In this document: positions 25,547-32,000 of the stretch, one piece after another | Layout: each line of letters begins with the position of its first letter | Numbering within the stretch: the stretch's first letter is position 1 | DNA from: Candidatus Nanopusillus sp. | Lineage (GTDB): Archaea; Nanobdellota; Nanobdellia; Nanobdellales; Nanobdellaceae | Length of the DNA stretch: 32,000 nucleotides | Direction of reading: 5' to 3' | Assembly: GCA_049414405.1 (NCBI GenBank) | Contig: JBMSAQ010000002.1 | Span: forward strand, 1-32,000 | Made by a program: the position numbers and the translations under genes | Notes under the pieces: model-generated | Database searches by the model: none | Told to the model about the DNA's origin: nothing | Seen by the model: only the letters and a program-made list of their open reading frames with translations

Positions 25547-26566
25547 ATGGTAGAATATTGTAAATTTCCATATGAAGATGAAAAATATGAGATTCTTATT
25601 AAGAGAGAAGAAGAAACAAATGAAAAATATGGTTATAATCCATGGAAAAGGCCAATAAATGAATTGCTGGATTTCTCAATTATTAATTTAGATAAACCGA
25701 AAGGACCTACATCACATCAAGTTTCTGGATGGATAAAAAATATTTTAAATAAAAAAGCAGGGCATGCGGGTACATTAGATCCAAAAGTAACCGGGATATT
25801 ACCAGTAGGGATTGGAAGAGGAACAAAAGTATTGAAATTATTGTTAACTACTGGAAAAGAATATATAGCATGGATGCACATACATAGTGATATTGACGAA
25901 TATAAAGTATATGAAGTATTAAGCAAATTTCAAGGAAAAATTATTCAAAAACCCCCATTAAAATCTGCAGTAAAAAAAGTTCCTAGAGAAAAAAATGTTT
26001 ATTGCATAAAGGTATTAGAGGTTGATGGTAGAGATTGGCTATTACAAATTGCAACAGAAGCTGGTGTATATGTAAGAAAATTAATAGATGATATAGGAAA
26101 GGCTTTAGGAACAAAAGCTCACATGCAACAATTAAGAAGAATTAGGGTTGGAGAATTAAGAGAGGATTCTGAAAAATATCCTTTAGTTACTTTACAAGAT
26201 ATAGTTGATTCTATATGGTTTTGGAGAAATGAAAATAATGAAGAATATATAAGAAAGGTTTTTTTACCAGCAGAGGTTGCAGCAGAACATACAAAAAAAA
26301 TATGGATATTAGATACTGCAGTAGATGCAATTGCACATGGAGCAAATCTAACAGTAAAAGGAATATCAAAACTATATTCGAATATAAAAGGAGGTGATCT
26401 AGTAACAATATTTACATTAAAGGAAGAAATAGTTGCTTACGGAACTGCATTAATGGATTCTGAAAAAATTTTAAATTCGGATAAAGGTATTGCGGTTGAT
26501 ATTGATAAGGTTATTATGAAAAGAGGTTTATACCCAAGAGTATGGAAAAAATCTAGTACACAATGA
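25547..26566 (+). CDS. cbf5: H/ACA RNP pseudouridine synthase Cbf5 (TruB family with PUA domain)
   Basis: LDKPKGPTSHQV, the catalytic-Asp block GHAGTLDPKVTGILPV, and a C-terminal PUA-like region. 339 aa. Confidence 0.95.
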   Translation: MVEYCKFPYEDEKYEILIKREEETNEKYGYNPWKRPINELLDFSIINLDKPKGPTSHQVSGWIKNILNKKAGHAGTLDPKVTGILPVGIGRGTKVLKLLLTTGKEYIAWMHIHSDIDEYKVYEVLSKFQGKIIQKPPLKSAVKKVPREKNVYCIKVLEVDGRDWLLQIATEAGVYVRKLIDDIGKALGTKAHMQQLRRIRVGELREDSEKYPLVTLQDIVDSIWFWRNENNEEYIRKVFLPAEVAAEHTKKIWILDTAVDAIAHGANLTVKGISKLYSNIKGGDLVTIFTLKEEIVAYGTALMDSEKILNSDKGIAVDIDKVIMKRGLYPRVWKKSSTQ

Positions 26567-27231
26567 AATTAATATTAGGTATTGATGAAGCTGGAAGAGG
26601 ACCTGTAATAGGACCAATGGTAATTGCTGGCTATTGTATTGAAGAAGAAAAAATAGAACTACTAAAATCTTTGGGTGTTAAAGATTCTAAAGAATTAACA
26701 AGAAAACAGAGAGAAGATATTTATAATGAAGTAACAAAGTTGACATATAAATATAAGTATATAATAATTGGTCCAAAAACGATAGATTATTATGTATATA
26801 AAAATAAATTAAATTATTTAGAACTTGAAAATATGATAAAGATAATTGAAGAAATAAAACCAAACAAAGTAATAATTGATTTTCCGGTAGTTAATATGAA
26901 AAAAGTAATAGAATATATAAAAAATAATTTAAAAATAAATATTGAACTGGTTGTAGAGAATAGGGCAGACAAGAATTATCCAGTAGTATCTGCTGCTTCA
27001 ATTATTGCAAAAGTTATAAGAGATAAAGAAATCGATAAAATTAAAGAAAAAACCAATATAGATTTTGGGTCTGGATACCCGTCTGATGAAAGGACGATTA
27101 AAGCAATAAAGGAAAATTATGAAATACTAAAAGATTATATTAGGGAATCCTGGATAACAATTAAAAAAATAAGAGGAAAAAATCAAAAAAATATACTTAA
27201 TTTCCTTAATCATTCTCCTTCAAATTCCTGA
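26563..27231 (+). CDS. rnhB: Ribonuclease HII
   Basis: [41 protein letters not shown]. The C-terminal QKNILNFL fits the PIP-box consensus Qxx[ILM]xx[FY][FYLW]. ATGA overlap with cbf5. Confidence 0.9.
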   Translation: MKLILGIDEAGRGPVIGPMVIAGYCIEEEKIELLKSLGVKDSKELTRKQREDIYNEVTKLTYKYKYIIIGPKTIDYYVYKNKLNYLELENMIKIIEEIKPNKVIIDFPVVNMKKVIEYIKNNLKINIELVVENRADKNYPVVSAASIIAKVIRDKEIDKIKEKTNIDFGSGYPSDERTIKAIKENYEILKDYIRESWITIKKIRGKNQKNILNFLNHSPSNS

Positions 27232-28061
27232 ACATTACTTTTCTTATATTCATAATGCTTTTCAACTTCTTTCATAACTTTATTTATTTCTTCAATCATT
27301 TCCTGTGATATACTATCTATTTTTACATTATTAATCCCTATTCTAATATATTTATCCCATTCAATTTTTATCCCATTTTCATTTATTTGCATTTGGTGTC
27401 TTAATAAACTATGTTTTGTATCCCTCATTTTCCACACAATAATTGATCTATATAATTTTCCATCTATCTCATCTAAATCCATCCTTACAATTCCATCTAC
27501 CGCATGTTCAACACCGGGTCCTCCAAATCCCCTCTCACCAACAGAAATTTGTGAAATAAATATTGCAGTACATCCTAAACCAGCAATCAATCTTTTTAAT
27601 AACATTACTATAGATCTTGCCATTGCTGGTTTTGTTAAATATAATGTAGAAATAGAATCTATAACAACCCTTTTAGCATTTATATCTTTTATTGCTTGTC
27701 TTACTACATCTAATAGCTCATGTATATTATCTAAATCTCTTACTAAATATCTTTCTCTTTGAGCTGCAGTACCGGTTCCACCGGTAAATGCATCTACAAT
27801 TGCTATTTTTCCCTCTTCTTCATATTTTGATATATCCCATCTAAAATTCTTATAACTCCTTCTAACACTTACTGGATGTTCTTCAAGTGCAACAAATACA
27901 CCATTTTCATTATTCTTTAATCCATTATATAAGAACTGTTTACCTAAAATTGATTTTCCTGTACCGGGTCCTCCACTTAATAATACTACATTTCTTTCGG
28001 GTATTCCCCCATATAATATTTCATCAAATCCTGATATATATGTTCTAACTTTGTATATCAT
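27210..28061 (-). CDS. KaiC-like / RadA-paralogue RecA-superfamily ATPase (single domain)
   Basis: [40 protein letters not shown] (Walker A), VVIDSIS (Walker B). I prefer the ATG at 28061 (TTTAAATA ~23 nt upstream) over the track start at 28091. Confidence 0.8.
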   Translation of the reverse strand: MIYKVRTYISGFDEILYGGIPERNVVLLSGGPGTGKSILGKQFLYNGLKNNENGVFVALEEHPVSVRRSYKNFRWDISKYEEEGKIAIVDAFTGGTGTAAQRERYLVRDLDNIHELLDVVRQAIKDINAKRVVIDSISTLYLTKPAMARSIVMLLKRLIAGLGCTAIFISQISVGERGFGGPGVEHAVDGIVRMDLDEIDGKLYRSIIVWKMRDTKHSLLRHQMQINENGIKIEWDKYIRIGINNVKIDSISQEMIEEINKVMKEVEKHYEYKKSNVQEFEGE

Positions 28062-28119
28062 TATTATAGTTTGGAATAAGTATTTAAACATTCATAAATA
28101 ACAACATTGTTATATTTTA

Positions 28120-28461
28120 ATGGCAAAGTACTTAATATTATTAACAAAAGAAGATAAAAACACTGTAGAAATGGCTTTAGAATTTTCAAAAGTATTAAAA
28201 ATGAGTGGAGCAGAAGATATAAAAATTTGTTTTACTTTAGAAGGAATTAAAGCTTTAAATAAAGAAAATGATGAATATAATTTAATCATATCTAAACATT
28301 TAGAAGATATGAAAAATTTAAACATAAATATATATGCATGCAGAAAATGTATGGCAAAATTTAACATACCAGAAGAAAAATTAATATATAAAAATAAAAT
28401 ATTTTCATATGAAGAAATGAATAAATTAGTAGATCAAGGGTATGCAATAATTACCTTTTAA
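28120..28461 (+). CDS. DsrE/DsrF/TusD-like small protein
   Basis: 113 aa. The Rossmann-like pattern, IYACRKCMAKFNI and a C-terminal ...YAIITF resemble the DsrE-family sulfur-relay fold. Family assignment is tentative. Confidence 0.5.
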   Translation: MAKYLILLTKEDKNTVEMALEFSKVLKMSGAEDIKICFTLEGIKALNKENDEYNLIISKHLEDMKNLNINIYACRKCMAKFNIPEEKLIYKNKIFSYEEMNKLVDQGYAIITF

Positions 28462-30706
28462 TTTCTATTATTTTTCCTTCAACATTATCTTTAAATAAAT
28501 CATCATGGGTACATAATATTATTTGATAATCGTCTAGACTAGATATTAATTGAGCTAAAGATAATCTTATATTTTCATCTAAAGATTCTGTAGGTTCATC
28601 CAATAACAGTACATTGACATTTATGTTTAATATAGAAGCAATTGTGAGTCTTAATGCCAAGTCCAATATCTTTGTTTGTCCTCCACTTAATCCAGCTTCA
28701 TCAATATATTTCTTAATACTTTTCCCATCAATATTTTTAATTACATAAATATAAAATAGCTTTTCGTCTTTTACTTTACTTTCTTTTATATCTATTCCAA
28801 CATCCATAATATCTTGATATCTATACAACTTTTTAAAATAGAATTTAAATGCATTTTCCAGATTTTTTGATAATTTTTCCCTATTAACTTCTATATATTT
28901 TAATAAAACATTATATAAAGACCTTAAAATATTTAAGTTTTTACTTATATTTTTTAACTTTTCATTTATATTATTATATATATTTAATTTTTCTTTATAA
29001 TTTTTTATTAATTCGGGTTTCAGATTTTCATATTTCTTTATTTCTTTATCGAGTTCATTCAATTTATTTTCAAACTCATATAGTGAATTCAAATTATTTC
29101 TTTTATATATATCTTTTATCTTTTCCAAATTCTTTTTCATATTGTCTATTTTCATTAAAGAATATCTAATATTATTTATCTCATTTTTTATATTTTGATA
29201 TTCTTTTTTTAAGTTATCTATTACTTTATCCAATTCATTTTTCTTTATATAATTTATTGTATCCTTTATTATCCTATATTCATTTATTTGATTTATTCTA
29301 TAATTTATTTCATTAATTTCTTTTTCAATCCTTATCTTTTCATTTTCAATGTCCAATAAATTTACTTTATCTTTAATTTTTCCCTGAATATATAGTAAAT
29401 ATCTGTATTTATTCTCCATTTCCTGATATAGTTTATCTAGCTTGTTTTTTTCATTTTTAAATTTATCTAAATTTTCTTTATCTTTATCTAAACTTTCTTT
29501 ATATTGATTTAGCAATTTTTTATGTAAATCTCCATCTAAAGCTCTTTTACATACTGGACATTTTGATATCTCTCTATTTAGAATATTTAAATATTCTTCT
29601 TCTTCTTTTATTCTATTTTCTAAAATTATAATATTATTTTCCAATTCCTTCTTTTTATTCTCTACATTTTTTATTTCACTTTCTATATTTTTATATTCTA
29701 TATACTTTTCTATATTTGAATATATTTCTTTTAGTTCTTTCAATTTATATTCTAACTCTTTTTCATTAATATCTTCTAAATACTCTAATTCCTTTTTTCT
29801 ATTTTCTAAATATTCTAAAGATCTATTTAATAAATCTTTTGAATAATTTTCACATTTTAGATTCTTTCTTTCAGATTCAAGACCTAATATATTATCATAT
29901 AACTCTCTTTCTTTTTCTTCATATTCTTTTAACTTTTGATTTAAATAATTTTCCTGAGTTAATAAATTATAGTCTATACTATTTTCCAATGTTTTTAGCT
30001 CTAAATAATCTTTATATATATTATCTCTTATTTTCTTTAATTCCAGAGACTTATTAACTTCTTCTAATAATTTTTCAATATCTTTATCACCAAAAATATT
30101 CTTATATAATTCTATATCCTTTAATAATAAGCTCTTCTCTTTTTCTTTATATTCTTTTTCTTTTTCTAAATCTTTTATCAATCCTTCAACTATTTTTAAT
30201 ATTAAAGAATAATATTCTATATCAAATATTTTTTCTAATAATTTTGTTAATTCAATTTTTCCAGATAAACTAATATATCTACCCAAGTCTCCTTGTTTTA
30301 TGTACAATATATCTGTAAATTTCTCAATCCTATTTATATTTAATATTTCTTTTATTTTTTTATTAACAATATCCGGTCCGGAAGCTATAATTCTATTTCC
30401 TTCATATAATATTGCTTTAGATTCTCCATTATTATTTGAAGATCTAACTATTTTATATATTATATTTCCTTCAGATATTTCTAATTCTACATTTAAATTA
30501 TATGAACCAGTTCTTATTAATGATGATATATTTGATATATTTATACTTGATAAAGAATCTTTTCCAAATAAACCAAATAATATTGCATGAAATATAGATG
30601 TTTTTCCAACTCCGTTTTCTCCTATTATTATATTTTTTTCATCGAAATTTATCTCTAAATTTTTATGTATTTTAAAGTTCTCCAACCTTATTCTATTAAT
30701 CCTCAT
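28451..30706 (-). CDS. rad50: DNA double-strand break repair ATPase Rad50
   Basis: Walker A GENGVGKTS, a long K/E/N-rich coiled coil with central zinc hook CPVC, signature LSGGQ, Walker B LLLDEPT, H-loop CTHD. ATGA overlap with mre11. Confidence 0.9.
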   Translation of the reverse strand: MRINRIRLENFKIHKNLEINFDEKNIIIGENGVGKTSIFHAILFGLFGKDSLSSINISNISSLIRTGSYNLNVELEISEGNIIYKIVRSSNNNGESKAILYEGNRIIASGPDIVNKKIKEILNINRIEKFTDILYIKQGDLGRYISLSGKIELTKLLEKIFDIEYYSLILKIVEGLIKDLEKEKEYKEKEKSLLLKDIELYKNIFGDKDIEKLLEEVNKSLELKKIRDNIYKDYLELKTLENSIDYNLLTQENYLNQKLKEYEEKERELYDNILGLESERKNLKCENYSKDLLNRSLEYLENRKKELEYLEDINEKELEYKLKELKEIYSNIEKYIEYKNIESEIKNVENKKKELENNIIILENRIKEEEEYLNILNREISKCPVCKRALDGDLHKKLLNQYKESLDKDKENLDKFKNEKNKLDKLYQEMENKYRYLLYIQGKIKDKVNLLDIENEKIRIEKEINEINYRINQINEYRIIKDTINYIKKNELDKVIDNLKKEYQNIKNEINNIRYSLMKIDNMKKNLEKIKDIYKRNNLNSLYEFENKLNELDKEIKKYENLKPELIKNYKEKLNIYNNINEKLKNISKNLNILRSLYNVLLKYIEVNREKLSKNLENAFKFYFKKLYRYQDIMDVGIDIKESKVKDEKLFYIYVIKNIDGKSIKKYIDEAGLSGGQTKILDLALRLTIASILNINVNVLLLDEPTESLDENIRLSLAQLISSLDDYQIILCTHDDLFKDNVEGKIIEIKR

Positions 30707-31842
30707 TTTATTAATTGTTTAAATATTGTTTCTCTTATTCTATCTAAATCGGAATTCTTACCAGAATACATTTCTTCAAATAATTCTTTTATATTATTAA
30801 ACATTTTTATTACTTCCTGTTTATCATTTATAAAAAATGAGCTATCTATTATATTATCTATTGTAATTATTTCTTTACTTAATTTTATTTCCTCATCTAA
30901 AGAATAGGAGTCATCCAATATTAAATATCCAGATTCTATTAAATTTTCTAATAGATTTCTTATATTAATATAATAATCTTTTTTATATCTAACCTTAATT
31001 TTTATGATTGTTTCCTTTGATTTATTATAAATATCACTCTTTAATTTATTTAATCCATCATCATTATTTATTATATCTTCATAAATATATATTGTCCTAA
31101 CATTTAATTCTTTAAATTCTATATCATTGTCTTTTACATAGAAGAACCCTTTCTTTATATTTTCTTCATCTTTTGATATTTCAGTCCTTTCAGTAGAACC
31201 TGGTAAGGCAAAGATTATATTATCGTGCTTTTCTAAATGTTTTTTATGAAAGTGTCCAAATGCATAATAATCTGCTTTAGGAAAATCATTCAAAGATAAG
31301 ATTCTAGGTTCTTTACTATGACCCTCCAAGATATTTTCTGGAAATATATTTACTGCTCCATGAAACATAAAAATATTGTAGCCATTATTTTCAAATTTCA
31401 AATTTAATAAATTTTTTTTGTAATATATTCTTAATTGTTCATATGATAAATTTGAAGGTTCTGATATTCCATAAATATACACATCTTTATGTACAAACGG
31501 TTCTTTTATATTTGCTTCATATATTAAACCCAATCTTTTTAATATTTCTAAAACGTTTTGTCTTTGTCCCTTTGTATCATGATTTCCCTTAATAAATATT
31601 AATGGTATTTTATGATCTTTTAGTTTAAATAATATATCCAATATTTCCAGAAGATATTTTGAATCTATCCTAAAATAATCATCAAAGAAATCTCCAGAAT
31701 GGATTATAAAATCTGTATTTTCTCTAATTGCAAAATCAATGACTTGTCTAAATGAATTTAAAAAATCATATTTTCTGATTTCACCATATTCTACCGGAAT
31801 TTGACATCCTAAATGCGTATCAGAGACATGAATAAATTTCAT
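30703..31842 (-). CDS. mre11: DNA double-strand break repair nuclease Mre11
   Basis: Phosphoesterase motifs HVSDTHLG, GDFFD, GNHD, FHG, GHFH. 379 aa. Confidence 0.9.
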   Translation of the reverse strand: MKFIHVSDTHLGCQIPVEYGEIRKYDFLNSFRQVIDFAIRENTDFIIHSGDFFDDYFRIDSKYLLEILDILFKLKDHKIPLIFIKGNHDTKGQRQNVLEILKRLGLIYEANIKEPFVHKDVYIYGISEPSNLSYEQLRIYYKKNLLNLKFENNGYNIFMFHGAVNIFPENILEGHSKEPRILSLNDFPKADYYAFGHFHKKHLEKHDNIIFALPGSTERTEISKDEENIKKGFFYVKDNDIEFKELNVRTIYIYEDIINNDDGLNKLKSDIYNKSKETIIKIKVRYKKDYYINIRNLLENLIESGYLILDDSYSLDEEIKLSKEIITIDNIIDSSFFINDKQEVIKMFNNIKELFEEMYSGKNSDLDRIRETIFKQLIK

Positions 31843-32000
31843 TAAATATTATTGTGTGAAAATTTTTTATTTATATTTTCCAAATACTCATTTAAATAGT
31901 TTAAAACTATTTCTTTATCCTTTTTATAATAATCAAAACTTACTTTTAATAAGAAAGAATCTTCTGTATAATGTATTTTAATAATTTTGTTTAATGTTAA
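31842..32000 (-). CDS. 3' end of an unidentified gene truncated by the window edge, coupled to mre11
   Basis: The minus-strand frame is open from 32000 to TAA at 31844-31842 (…LTLNKIIKIHYTEDSFLLKVSFDYYKKDKEIVLNYLNEYLENINKKFSHNNI*). The stop overlaps the mre11 ATG (TAATG). Absent from the ORF track because the start lies outside the window. Confidence 0.5.
   Translation of the reverse strand, partial: LTLNKIIKIHYTEDSFLLKVSFDYYKKDKEIVLNYLNEYLENINKKFSHNNI

Noticed and set aside
28900-30300. Highly repetitive-looking AT-rich sequence (recurrent aaa/gaa/tta motifs), as a possible tandem repeat or CRISPR-like array.
   Set aside because: It is one continuous open reading frame encoding the K/E/N/I-rich Rad50 coiled coil with the CPVC zinc hook in the middle. 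There are no exact repeat units with spacers.
1-32000. Split tRNA half-genes or split protein genes of the Nanoarchaeum type, inteins, and recoded stop codons.
   Set aside because: Both tRNAs are complete and colinear. No additional GC-rich half-tRNA-like islands. The large proteins (helicase, ligase, LysRS, Rad50, HerA) are full-length with all motifs in order and no intein-like insertions. All conserved genes read through with the standard code.

Overview
Very AT-rich (by eye about three quarters A+T), extremely gene-dense archaeal chromosomal segment. It holds about 40 protein-coding genes and two GC-rich tRNA genes (tRNA-Ile GAU, tRNA-Ser UGA). I saw no rRNA, CRISPR array, transposase or integrase. 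Archaeal information-processing hallmarks are clear: RadA, histone, PCNA, ATP-dependent DNA ligase, L15e, aIF5A, S13/S4, Cbf5, MBF1, Sm protein, HerA and Mre11-Rad50. By inference this is a reduced-genome thermophilic archaeon of the Nanoarchaeota/DPANN type. The grounds are AT-rich coding DNA next to ~70% GC tRNAs, start/stop overlaps between most neighbours, 39-58 nt divergent spacers, 3' overlaps of convergent genes, and scrambled operons. Roughly a third of the genes are DNA repair or replication functions. Most interesting items: (1) a Cys-less alkyltransferase-like domain (PWWRV) fused to an endonuclease V domain that has Asn at two canonical metal-ligand positions. (2) Two minus-strand genes interrupted at short A-runs next to an in-frame stop, each repaired by one extra A or a -1 shift. 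(3) A ~200-aa miniature SufB/D homologue coupled to SufC. (4) HerA detached from mre11-rad50 and coupled to an unknown 102-aa ORF, while an unidentified gene running off the window is TAATG-coupled upstream of mre11. (5) Single palindromic TATA-like elements sitting at the midpoint of 50-51 nt divergent spacers. I did not find a clear-cut novel multi-gene system such as a defence island. All of the above are hypotheses from reading the sequence only.
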